Positions 1-9,036 of a stretch of 64,000 nucleotides of DNA are shown here, piece after piece. Both the position numbers and the translations under genes were made by a program. The first letter of the stretch is position 1. Each line of letters starts with the position of its first letter. This DNA is from Spirochaetia bacterium (GTDB taxonomy: Bacteria > Spirochaetota > Spirochaetia > CADAEX01): the NCBI GenBank assembly GCA_963662795.1, contig OY759746.1:1088001-1152000 (forward strand), given 5' to 3'. The notes under the pieces are model-generated. The model worked only from the letters and a program-made list of their open reading frames with translations, was not told the origin of the DNA and did not search any database.

Positions 1-1
1 A

Positions 2-967
2 GCTCCCCGTGAACTCGGAATGCCTGAATATTATATTGATAAAATGAAAGACAACGGATTTGAAGTAAATATTTTTGATTCAATAGACAGCTATATGGAA
101 ACAGGACAGACAGCGCCGGTCTGGTATTTCACAAGGCCGCAGCTTGAAAGAATGGGCGATGATATCCTGAAAAGACAGGATGAACTGCGGTATAAAATTA
201 TTTTCAGAAAAGAATTTCTCGAAAAAATCCCGGAAGATACTATTTTCTATCATCCCCTGCCCCGGCACAAACTATATCCTACAATTCCCACCTTCCTTGA
301 CACGACGTCTCTTAACGGATGGGAAGAGCAGTCTGCCAACGGCATGGTAATCAGAATTATACTGCTCGGCCTGGTTGCAGGAATAATAGGTTCTGATTAT
401 AAATCCGGGGAAAGCGGCAGGGCGTATACCCCGGATTCTGAAGATTTTATCGAAGAACTGCCGTTAAAGGAAACCATAGTCACCAAGGATTATGCCGAAG
501 GGGTAAAACCCATCTCAAACGGCCTTGTTATCGACCACATATGCAGGGGAGAAAGCGAGAAAGAGATAAGGGAACACCTTGCAAGAATTATAAGAGTCCT
601 TGAACTCTACGGAAAGGGCGGAGAATGGATAAGCAGGTCAAGAAGCGAACAGGATAAGATGAAAGGGATGATTTTCAGACCCGGCCATCCCGAACCGGGA
701 ACAAAAAAAATGAAACAGCTTGCGGCCCTTGCGCCGGGATGTACTGTAAACATTATAAATGAAAGAAAGGTTATAAAAAAACTGAAGCTGCAAATGCCTC
801 CCCGAATTTTTAATTTTCCCAATATCTGCTGCAGAAATCCGGACTGTATCAGCCACAGCTCGCAGGGGGAGCATGTTCCTGCGGAATTCAACAGGATAAC
901 AGGCGATAAATTCAGGTGTAAATACTGCGAAAAACCGCACTCCTTCAAGGAAATCTGGATACAATAA
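2..967 (+). CDS. pyrBI: Aspartate carbamoyltransferase, fused catalytic + regulatory chain (5' end outside window)
   Basis: Frame open from window start. Catalytic motifs YFTRPQLER and FYHPLP are followed in frame by PyrI features: 'NGLVIDHI', 'APGCTVNII' and Zn ligands CRNPDC...CKYCE. Confidence 0.93.
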   Translation, partial: APRELGMPEYYIDKMKDNGFEVNIFDSIDSYMETGQTAPVWYFTRPQLERMGDDILKRQDELRYKIIFRKEFLEKIPEDTIFYHPLPRHKLYPTIPTFLDTTSLNGWEEQSANGMVIRIILLGLVAGIIGSDYKSGESGRAYTPDSEDFIEELPLKETIVTKDYAEGVKPISNGLVIDHICRGESEKEIREHLARIIRVLELYGKGGEWISRSRSEQDKMKGMIFRPGHPEPGTKKMKQLAALAPGCTVNIINERKVIKKLKLQMPPRIFNFPNICCRNPDCISHSSQGEHVPAEFNRITGDKFRCKYCEKPHSFKEIWIQ

Positions 968-988
968 AAAATCAGGAGAAAATAATTA

Positions 989-1642
989 ATGGCAAAAGCT
1001 GTGATTTTTGACATGGACGGTGTGCTTGTAAACAGCGAACCTTACCATTTTGAAGCGGAAAAACAGATCCTCGCAAAAATGGGGATTACGATAACAGATA
1101 AAGAAATTCAAAGCTTTGTCGGACTTGCAATGGATAAAATGTGGGCGAGATTAAAAGAGAGCTATTCGCTTGAAAAAAGCATTGAAGGGCTTCTAAAAGA
1201 GGATACAGAGTTCAGGGTTAATTTTTTCAGGGAAGCAGGAAAAATAAAACCGATAGACGGGGTGACAGACCTTATTTCCGGTATAAAATCTGCCGGATTA
1301 AAATCCGCGGTTGCTTCCTCATCCCATCCTGATCTCATAAGGGTTCTTCTTGAAGCCGCAGGCCTTGCGGAATTCTTCCCTGTTTACTTAAGCGGTTTCC
1401 AGGTAAAAAGAGGGAAGCCTGACCCTGATATTTTTATAGAAACAGCAAGGCGTCTTTATACAGGGTGCGGGAGCTGTGTTGTAATAGAAGACTCTGAAAA
1501 CGGGGTAAAGGCCGCGAAAAAAGCCGGTATGAAATGCATCGGGTACAGCAACCCGTTTTCAGGAAATCAGGATCTGTCTGATGCAGATATAATCATCAGC
1601 AGCTTTTCCGATATTAAGGCGTCTTTCCTAAAGGATTTATAA
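989..1642 (+). CDS. HAD-superfamily hydrolase, beta-phosphoglucomutase/CbbY-like
   Basis: Motif I FDMDGVL, ASSS, GKPDPDIF, VIEDS..G; SD aggag upstream. Confidence 0.9.
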   Translation: MAKAVIFDMDGVLVNSEPYHFEAEKQILAKMGITITDKEIQSFVGLAMDKMWARLKESYSLEKSIEGLLKEDTEFRVNFFREAGKIKPIDGVTDLISGIKSAGLKSAVASSSHPDLIRVLLEAAGLAEFFPVYLSGFQVKRGKPDPDIFIETARRLYTGCGSCVVIEDSENGVKAAKKAGMKCIGYSNPFSGNQDLSDADIIISSFSDIKASFLKDL

Positions 1643-1689
1643 AAAGGCTGGGGGAAACATTCTTCCCCCAGCGGGCAGGTTCCTTTTTT
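1641..1689. terminator. Probable bidirectional intrinsic terminator between convergent HAD and ftsH
   Basis: Stem gctgggggaa/ttcccccagc (1647-1672) flanked by A-run and T-run. Confidence 0.6.
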
Positions 1690-1696
1690 ATGACTT

Positions 1697-3658
1697 TTAA
1701 CCGGCCATAAACTCTTTAAACTCAACAGCATCCACCGTCTCAACCTCAAGAAGCCTCATGGCAATCCTCTCGATAAGCTCTTTTTTTGAAGCAAGAAGCT
1801 TTAAAACGTGCTCATACCTGCTTTTTATAATATTATATATTTCCTCATCAACATACTGATGTGTTTTTTCTGAATACTCTCTCGAAAGGCCTGCTCCGGC
1901 CGGCTCTCCCATATAAGTGCCGCCCCGGCTTGTTAGAACAACATTTTCGAATTTTTCACTCATTCCATAATCTGTAATCATCTTTCTGGCTATATCTGTA
2001 GCCCTTGTCAGATCGTTTGCAGCACCTGTAGAAATTTCATCAAATATCACCTTTTCCGCAGCCCTTCCGCCAAGCAGGACATCTATCCTTCCCAAAAGGT
2101 CTCCGCGCGAAAAAAGGAACCTGTCTTCTGTCGGCATCTGCAATGTGTAACCGAGAGCTCCTATCCCGCGGGGAATAATTGTAATCTTCTGGACAGGATC
2201 CGCCCCTTCGGTAACCGCTGCAATGACCGCGTGCCCTGTTTCATGATAGGCAACTATCTTTCTTTCCTTTTCGTTAAGCAGTTTGTTCTTTTTACGGAGC
2301 CCCGCGACACTTTTTTCAATCGCTTCCATGAGGTCACTCTGATTGACCTTGTCCCGTCCCGCACGCACTGCAAGAAGAGCTGCTTCATTTATAATGTTGG
2401 CAAGGTCTGCCCCGGCAAAACCCGGAGTAGCACGCGCAATCGCGTTAAGATCTACTTTTTTATCAAGCTTCACTTCCTTTGAATGAAGCATGAGTATCGC
2501 TTCCCTGCCGATAAGATCAGGCTTATCAACAATAATCTGCCTGTCGAACCTGCCGGGGCGCAGCAGCGCCGGATCAAGCACTTCCGGCCTGTTTGTGGCA
2601 GCAAGGAGAATTACCCCTGTAGTGGAATCAAAACCGTCCATCTCAACAAGAAGCTGATTGAGTGTCTGCTCTCTTTCATCATTGCCGCCGGCAACACTTA
2701 GCCGGCTCTTGCCTATTGCATCAAGCTCATCAATAAAAACAATACACGGCGCCTTCTCCCTGGCCTGTTTGAAAAGATCCCTTACCCTTGCGGCGCCGAC
2801 ACCGACAAACATTTCAACAAAATCAGATCCGCTCATCCTGAAAAAAGGGACTTCGGCGGTACCTGCCACAGCCCTTGCAAGAAGTGTTTTACCTGTTCCG
2901 GGAGGGCCGACAAGCAAAACGCCTTTCGGTATTTTTCCCCCGATTTCGGTATATTTAACAGGGTTTTTAAGAAAGTCTACAACTTCTTCAAGCTCTTCCT
3001 TTGCTTCATCAGCGCCCGCTACATCGTTAAATGTAATCTTTATGTTCCCCTCAGCAACAATCTGGGCTTTGTTCCTTCCGAAAGTCATAACCCCGGCTCC
3101 GGGATCACCAATCTTTTTCAGCATAAACCGCCAGACAAACATCAGCAGGGCAAAAGGGACAATCCATCCCAGAAGAAGATCAACAATATATGAGTTCTTT
3201 TCCTTTATTGCGGAATAATTAATTCCCTTGCTGTCAAGAAGCTCAATAAATCCCGGATCATCAACAGGAACTGTTTTATAGATCGGGCCATCCGGATTAA
3301 TCTGCCCGTCCTGGCCGATGGTTCCTTTTACTCCGATATAATAATCTTCCTTAAGCTGAACAATATTAATACTGTTATTTTCAATCCTGCTTTTAAATTC
3401 ACTGAAAGGTATCTTCTGCTGAATCTGTTCCTTTACATAAGTATTTACCAGCATCAGAAGGATCATACCAATAACAAAAAACCATATTGAAAAATGGAAC
3501 TGTCCTTTATTGAATTGAGGAAATATCGGCGGAATTTTCTGGGGACCGCAGTCCTTGCAGTCCTTATTCCACTGATTATCGCTGCCGCCCTTCTGGTTTC
3601 CCTTCTGGCTTCCTTTGGGGTTTAAGCTTGAGACATTTTCTTCTTTATTCTTTTCCAC
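1697..3658 (-). CDS. ftsH: ATP-dependent zinc metalloprotease FtsH
   Basis: Two N-terminal TM segments, Walker A GPPGTGKT, Walker [26 protein letters not shown] zinc motif. Confidence 0.97.
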   Translation of the reverse strand: MEKNKEENVSSLNPKGSQKGNQKGGSDNQWNKDCKDCGPQKIPPIFPQFNKGQFHFSIWFFVIGMILLMLVNTYVKEQIQQKIPFSEFKSRIENNSINIVQLKEDYYIGVKGTIGQDGQINPDGPIYKTVPVDDPGFIELLDSKGINYSAIKEKNSYIVDLLLGWIVPFALLMFVWRFMLKKIGDPGAGVMTFGRNKAQIVAEGNIKITFNDVAGADEAKEELEEVVDFLKNPVKYTEIGGKIPKGVLLVGPPGTGKTLLARAVAGTAEVPFFRMSGSDFVEMFVGVGAARVRDLFKQAREKAPCIVFIDELDAIGKSRLSVAGGNDEREQTLNQLLVEMDGFDSTTGVILLAATNRPEVLDPALLRPGRFDRQIIVDKPDLIGREAILMLHSKEVKLDKKVDLNAIARATPGFAGADLANIINEAALLAVRAGRDKVNQSDLMEAIEKSVAGLRKKNKLLNEKERKIVAYHETGHAVIAAVTEGADPVQKITIIPRGIGALGYTLQMPTEDRFLFSRGDLLGRIDVLLGGRAAEKVIFDEISTGAANDLTRATDIARKMITDYGMSEKFENVVLTSRGGTYMGEPAGAGLSREYSEKTHQYVDEEIYNIIKSRYEHVLKLLASKKELIERIAMRLLEVETVDAVEFKEFMAG

Positions 3659-3785
3659 TATTCTATCCTCTTTTTCCCGGGTGTAAATTATTGGAAATAT
3701 TTACCGGGTGCAATTCTTACCAATAATATAAGTTTCAGGAAGGTAAAAAGCAAAAGAAATAAGGGGGATTAAGACTGTCCGGCAA

Positions 3786-4994
3786 TTAATTTTCAAGGAT
3801 TGTTATTTCAACCCTCCTGTTCTTTTTTCGCCCTTCTTCATTTGAGTTATCCGCAACAGGTTCACTTGAGCCTTTGCCCTGTATCCTTATCTGTTTTTCC
3901 TCTCTTACGCCCAGAGACAGCAGATACTCTGCGACTGCTCTTGCTCTCTGAAGGGAGAGTACCCGTCTCCCCTCTTCACTCCCCGCGAATGCGGTATGTC
4001 CTGTAATTAGAATATCCTGCATCGGATTTTTAAGAAGTATTTCCCCTATTTTTTCAATTTTATGCAGCTCGGCATCCATAAGCTCATAAGAGTCGGGCTG
4101 GAACTGGATATTGTCTATGGTTATTTTAACCCCTTCATCAACTTTCTCAACCGCTACGCTGCTGAAACCTGAACTGTCAAGACTTTCTCTCATGTCCCTC
4201 GCAAGAGCGTCCCTGTCCATATCTGCAGATTCAACAACTTCAGCCTTGGCCTTCCCTGTATATTCTACAGAATCGCCTGTAGAAAGATCAAGAACAAGGT
4301 CAAATTCTTCCGAGTAGCTGTGCGGCCGTCCTGCCGTGTTGTCCCATTTCAATATCTGACTTGAATATCCTGTAACCCGTACCGGATAAATTGCCTCTTC
4401 ACGCCCCATCCCTGTAAAACCGGATTTGTGAAAAACACTGTATTTTATACTGATAAAATCAAACCTGCCCGTCTCATCCTTTCCAAGATACTGGTATGAA
4501 ACTGTAACCGGGAATTCGTAAGGCTGCGGCAGACGAAAACTTTCCCTGAAATCATGGACCTCGCTTGCTTCAGCGCTCCAGGTATCGCCGGGGCAGATAT
4601 CCCTTTCAGGAAAGACAGGAACATCCCTTACGACAGGCATATAGTATTTACTGTCAATATCATAAAACCCCCGGCTGTCTCTCCAGAAAAGTGATTCATA
4701 ATCTTCGGTCAATTCATATGTTGAATATTTCCCTGCACTTCTCTCTGATGTCTGGAATCTGCCATGGAGAAGTCCGCTTCCATCCTTTGCTTCAAGAGTT
4801 TCAACAGATATTCTGTTCAATAGTCTTGCGCTGTGTGAATATGCCCTGTTTATGTAAACATCTTCTTCAACTTCAGATACTATCCTGTATTTTTCTCCGG
4901 CCCTGTATTTATACTCAAAGACATCTGCCGAAGCCGGTATGGAATGAACCAGCAGGATAAACGCCAGCAAAACATTTATCTTTTTATCAAACAT
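3786..4994 (-). CDS. Secreted OmpA/MotB-family peptidoglycan-binding protein
   Basis: Signal peptide; C-terminal OmpA domain (ITGHTA...LSLQRARAV...NRRVEI). Confidence 0.88.
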   Translation of the reverse strand: MFDKKINVLLAFILLVHSIPASADVFEYKYRAGEKYRIVSEVEEDVYINRAYSHSARLLNRISVETLEAKDGSGLLHGRFQTSERSAGKYSTYELTEDYESLFWRDSRGFYDIDSKYYMPVVRDVPVFPERDICPGDTWSAEASEVHDFRESFRLPQPYEFPVTVSYQYLGKDETGRFDFISIKYSVFHKSGFTGMGREEAIYPVRVTGYSSQILKWDNTAGRPHSYSEEFDLVLDLSTGDSVEYTGKAKAEVVESADMDRDALARDMRESLDSSGFSSVAVEKVDEGVKITIDNIQFQPDSYELMDAELHKIEKIGEILLKNPMQDILITGHTAFAGSEEGRRVLSLQRARAVAEYLLSLGVREEKQIRIQGKGSSEPVADNSNEEGRKKNRRVEITILEN

Positions 4995-5089
4995 ATTTAC
5001 TCCTTACGGTATAACTTCGCCTGTTTTATTGACAAATCTCCGAACAGAGACTATTTTTTAATTATAAGTTACATCATCAGGAAGATATA

Positions 5090-6298
5090 TTGCATCAGTC
5101 AAAACTTACAGAAGATAATGAAAATTACAGGCAGATAATTGTAAAAGCGGGATTCAGGGGTCCGACTCCGTTTCAGAAAAAGCTGATTCCTGCATCTCTT
5201 GATAACAGGTACATAATTGCAGAAACAAGCGAAGGGTGCGGGAAAAATCTGGGAATTGCTGTTTCTGTAATACTTCAGACTGATTTTTCATTTTCAGGAC
5301 TGAAGTTCTTAATAATTGCATCATCTCCGGATAATGTAAAAAAAATAAATAATATTTTCAAAAAACTTTTTTCAAAAAAAATAACAAATCTCACGGTAAT
5401 TGCAGCAAGTTCGGAAACAAATATCAAAAAAGATTATAATCTGCTGCGCAAACAGCCTGATATTTTTATCGGCACCCCTGACAGAATAATTGATCATATA
5501 AGAAGGGATAACATATCATTCGAAGGAATACAGGGCTGCATAATTGAAGACAGCTGTATAGATGACTTTTACGGATTTGAAAAAGATATTGAGTTTATAT
5601 TTTCAAAACTCAGCAGAAAGCAGACTTTTATTGTACTTACAAAAAAAAGAGAGCACGCATATTCATTTTACCATTATTTTAAAAAACCGGTAATCATAAA
5701 AATTGAAGAGAAAGAAGCAGTAATGACAGAAAAAAAATCAATCGAAAGCGGATATATAAAAAACATTACAGATCAGATCAAACAAAGCCCTGATATTAAG
5801 GAACTTGCAGACATCAAAAAATTGATTAAAAAAAATGTCCCCTTTTTTATGAGAGGCTATTTTACGGCCTTTCTGCTCCGGAAACTTTATGACGGAACTC
5901 CGTTATTTGAAAGAGAAAAGACGGCTTCAGGCGAATACAAAACCCTTTTTATTAATGCGGGCAGAAATAAGGGTTTTTTTATAAAAGATATTTTAAATAT
6001 CTTCTCTTCATCCGGCCTTGCGGATAAAACAGATGTAAAGAACATAAAAGTTCTTGATAATTATTCATTTGCAGATGTTACATCAGCCCGGGCAGAGAAA
6101 ATCATTCAAAACCTGAACAATACTGTATTTAAAGGGAAAAAACTAAGCATCAGCCTTGCGAGAAGCACGAGAAGCAGTAAAACACCGGACAGGAACGCTT
6201 CATACCGGAAAAGACCTGGGCGAGCCGCTGCAGCAGGCAGCCAGTCGATGCATGCCGGTCCGCCGTCAAAAGGGCAATCAGGATTATCAGCTGAGTGA
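5090..6298 (+). CDS. Degenerate DEAD-box-like N-terminal domain fused to a DbpA-type RNA-binding domain
   Basis: GFRGPTPFQ (Q motif), GTPDRIIDHI (motif Ib), no DEAD motif, no RecA2 domain. C-terminal LFINAGRN...KVLDNYSFADV resembles DbpA RBD. Upstream TTGACA-N17-TATTTT (5029-5057). Confidence 0.7.
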   Translation: MHQSKLTEDNENYRQIIVKAGFRGPTPFQKKLIPASLDNRYIIAETSEGCGKNLGIAVSVILQTDFSFSGLKFLIIASSPDNVKKINNIFKKLFSKKITNLTVIAASSETNIKKDYNLLRKQPDIFIGTPDRIIDHIRRDNISFEGIQGCIIEDSCIDDFYGFEKDIEFIFSKLSRKQTFIVLTKKREHAYSFYHYFKKPVIIKIEEKEAVMTEKKSIESGYIKNITDQIKQSPDIKELADIKKLIKKNVPFFMRGYFTAFLLRKLYDGTPLFEREKTASGEYKTLFINAGRNKGFFIKDILNIFSSSGLADKTDVKNIKVLDNYSFADVTSARAEKIIQNLNNTVFKGKKLSISLARSTRSSKTPDRNASYRKRPGRAAAAGSQSMHAGPPSKGQSGLSAE

Positions 6299-7492
6299 TG
6301 CAATAAACAGATATGTTATTGCGGCATTAACGGCCATACCCGCGCAGAATACCGCAATTGAAATATACTCATATATCCTTGATTTTTTTCTGCATTCCCT
6401 TGAAAGAAATGCAGGGTTTCCCTCTATTATTATGTTTTCAATGAGCGGATCCGCAGGAGCTTTACCTGCCTGAAAAAAGTAATAATAGTCGGATCCTGAT
6501 ATCCTGTTTTTATTTACAACAGACGAGCTTCTGATCTTTACATTGCCGCTGCCGCATAATCTGGCAGCATCTTCCTGAGAATCAAGCATTCTGAAGCAGT
6601 AATTTATCCCTTTCTCAGGATCCATGCAATATTCGCTTTCGTTAAAATGATCTCCACTGAAAAACCTGAGCGGCAGTTTTAAAAGGTCTCTTTCCGCTCT
6701 TAAAAATCTCGCTTTCTTCCAGAAATGCCTGTATGAAAAAAACAAAATGACACCAGGAGGGAAAAGCGGCATAAAAGGGACAAGACTTAATAAAAGCGTA
6801 ATTTTCGGCAGAAAAGTAAATCCCGGTATTGAATAGAGATAATAGGCGGTCAGAAAAAGTGAAAATGAACCTGCGATAAGGGAGACAGGAGTAAAGGTGT
6901 TCCAGAATTCATTTCTGTGTCTCCCTGCCCAGACACCTCTTCGAAGAAGGGTATCAGGTTTGCCGTCATAAATAAGGAATGTAATATTATCATTACCGGC
7001 AGACTTGAAAATAGCTTTCCCCTTCTCAAGGAAAAGAGGTCCGCATACCATAACATCTGTCTGCTGCGAGAGAGAATGAAATCTTTCCCATTTAAGTACC
7101 TGCGGCATCTCATCAATGATTATTTCGCTGTTATCTTCATAAATATCATTTTCCTCTTCTGTATGCGAAAAGGCAGGTATTAAATATATTTTAACCTTGT
7201 TCATATCAACTGAAACCGTAAAATTACCGCTTCTGAGCCACACCTCATATTCATTCTGTATTGCTTCCAGAGAGCCGAAAAATTTATAGGTGCCTGTATA
7301 TCCCGATACTCCGGCTTTACTTGAGTATCCGGCAGTACGGGCTTTCTGAAAATCAATAACAGGAACTGAGGAGGAGGCAATGATTTTTTCCCTGAATTCC
7401 CTCCATTCCCTTCTGGCGATGAACGCTCCCGTTCCTGGAATCATTAAATAGAAAAAAAATGTTATGGATAAGACAAATATCAGATAAAACAT
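6287..7492 (-). CDS. Hypothetical membrane protein
   Basis: 401-aa ORF with about 4 hydrophobic segments; abuts upstream ORF (1-nt gap). Confidence 0.7.
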   Translation of the reverse strand: MFYLIFVLSITFFFYLMIPGTGAFIARREWREFREKIIASSSVPVIDFQKARTAGYSSKAGVSGYTGTYKFFGSLEAIQNEYEVWLRSGNFTVSVDMNKVKIYLIPAFSHTEEENDIYEDNSEIIIDEMPQVLKWERFHSLSQQTDVMVCGPLFLEKGKAIFKSAGNDNITFLIYDGKPDTLLRRGVWAGRHRNEFWNTFTPVSLIAGSFSLFLTAYYLYSIPGFTFLPKITLLLSLVPFMPLFPPGVILFFSYRHFWKKARFLRAERDLLKLPLRFFSGDHFNESEYCMDPEKGINYCFRMLDSQEDAARLCGSGNVKIRSSSVVNKNRISGSDYYYFFQAGKAPADPLIENIIIEGNPAFLSRECRKKSRIYEYISIAVFCAGMAVNAAITYLFIASLS

Positions 7493-7493
7493 T

Positions 7494-7880
7494 TTACGCG
7501 GTAAGATTCAGCAATGAACCGGGTTCGTATATGCCCTGAAAATATCCGGAATTTGCCGAACCCAGCCGGCTTCTAAGCTCTCCGGAAAAACCTGTAATAA
7601 GGTGTTCAACATCTGCATTGCTTTTATTTTCAAGATCAACGCTTATATCCCTGCTTTTAATTTTACTGATCTGATCGATAAGGGTATCAAGCTGTTTAAG
7701 CCGGGTTAATGAAACACTGCCGCTGCTGTGAAATGACGGTACTCCGGTTATATGCTTTAATGATGCATATCCGCCCAAAGGGTTATTTACCTGTACAGCT
7801 ATCCTTCCCCCTGAATAAGCAGCCCTGACTATATGTGAAAAAGGGATTGAAGAATTTGAAACAGCCGAAATTGTTTCCAT
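7494..7880 (-). CDS. Hypothetical protein, probably sigma28-controlled
   Basis: 128 aa, SD gagga, ends YEPGSLLNLTA; GCCGATAT upstream. Confidence 0.7.
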   Translation of the reverse strand: METISAVSNSSIPFSHIVRAAYSGGRIAVQVNNPLGGYASLKHITGVPSFHSSGSVSLTRLKQLDTLIDQISKIKSRDISVDLENKSNADVEHLITGFSGELRSRLGSANSGYFQGIYEPGSLLNLTA

Positions 7881-7898
7881 TTTTATCCTCTATAAATA

Positions 7899-7926
7899 AT
7901 ATCGGCTGTTTTAAAATGTTTATTAT
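7899..7926 (-). promoter_or_regulatory. Candidate sigma28 (FliA) promoter
   Basis: Exact -10 GCCGATAT (7899-7906). The -35 is imperfect (TAAT at N15 or ATAA at N16). Confidence 0.55.
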
Positions 7927-7928
7927 AA

Positions 7929-8285
7929 TTATCGGTTCATTTTCTCATCTGAGGTTTTACAGGCTATACACATAAGGGCATAAGGAATTGCGTTAAGCCT
8001 TTCTTCAGGAATTTTTTTACCGCATTTCATGCAAAGTCCGTATCTTCCGTTTTTTATTCTTGACAATGCGGAGTCAATAAGCCTTAGCCTTTTAATATCC
8101 TGAGAGCTGACTGTTTCAAGCATTTTTCTGTCAATATCATCAGCTGCAATATCGACAAGATCTTTAGGGTCTATGTCTTCAACAAGAGACTTGAATGAAT
8201 CGTTTTCTGATATCAGGTTATTGATAATTTCTTCTTTTAAGTCAAATAATGCCTTTTCCATCCGTTCCTTAAATTCATTATCCAT
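7929..8285 (-). CDS. dksA: RNA polymerase-binding factor DksA/TraR family
   Basis: Coiled-coil tip DLVDIAADD (DxxDxA), C4 zinc finger CMKC...CIAC. Start moved to ATG 8285 (SD gagga). Confidence 0.9.
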   Translation of the reverse strand: MDNEFKERMEKALFDLKEEIINNLISENDSFKSLVEDIDPKDLVDIAADDIDRKMLETVSSQDIKRLRLIDSALSRIKNGRYGLCMKCGKKIPEERLNAIPYALMCIACKTSDEKMNR

Positions 8286-8318
8286 AAATATCCTCAACTT
8301 TTTCAATTTCAGATTGGT

Positions 8319-8388
8319 AATTTGCACAATTTCTCATGTAATGTCAACCTTATTCTTTGTTGACAAAGGATTTTTATTAAAATATTAT
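8319..8388. promoter_or_regulatory. Back-to-back sigma70 promoters for dksA (-) and infA (+)
   Basis: Minus: TTGACA(8347-8342)-N17-CAAATT. Plus: TTGACA(8360-8365)-N17-TATTAT(8383-8388). Confidence 0.6.
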
Positions 8389-8426
8389 AGTACTGATTTA
8401 TAAGTAGAATTAAAGCTGGAGGGAAC

Positions 8427-8645
8427 TTGGCTAAAGAAGAAGCAATTGAAATCGACGGTATTGTAAAAGAATCTCTGCCCAATACACTGTTCAAGGTAGA
8501 ACTGAAAAACGGACACATCATAATGGCCCATCTTTCCGGAAAAATGAGAAAATTCTATATCAGGATAGTACCTGGTGATAGAGTAAAAGTTGCATTATCC
8601 CCTTATGACCTTACAAGAGGAAGAATAATATACAGGGAAAAATAA
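8427..8645 (+). CDS. infA: Translation initiation factor IF-1
   Basis: MAKEEAIE...SGKMR...[21 protein letters not shown], 72 aa; TTG start with SD ggaggg. Confidence 0.98.
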   Translation: MAKEEAIEIDGIVKESLPNTLFKVELKNGHIIMAHLSGKMRKFYIRIVPGDRVKVALSPYDLTRGRIIYREK

Positions 8646-9032
8646 TTATTTCAGAATAACCCATCTGGAACCTGATCCGCCGTTTTTATTGTCAGGAATG
8701 CCTGTAATTCCGGCGAAAGGACACTCTTTTAATACTTTATCAACTACACCGCTTAAAACTGACCTTTCCGGTGAATGAAGGCCTTTCCCATGTATTATCT
8801 GGACTTTTGTCAGCCCTTTATTTTTACAATCAGAGAGAAATCTCCATAAAGCTTTTTCAGCTGCCTCTGATGTAAGACCGTGAAGATCAAGGGAGGCCTG
8901 CACATGCATTTTTTTAAGCTGTTTTATGTCTGTTAATCCCTTTTGTCCGGAACCGGGACTGAGTTCTTTATCCTTATCGGGATATTTTGTGTTCTTTTTT
9001 TCCCATGCTTCAAGTACATCACCAAAATTCAT
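8646..9032 (-). CDS. Smr/MutS2 C-terminal-domain protein
   Basis: LDLHGLT, IIHGKGLHS, GGSG motifs. Confidence 0.9.
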   Translation of the reverse strand: MNFGDVLEAWEKKNTKYPDKDKELSPGSGQKGLTDIKQLKKMHVQASLDLHGLTSEAAEKALWRFLSDCKNKGLTKVQIIHGKGLHSPERSVLSGVVDKVLKECPFAGITGIPDNKNGGSGSRWVILK

Positions 9033-9036
9033 GATT

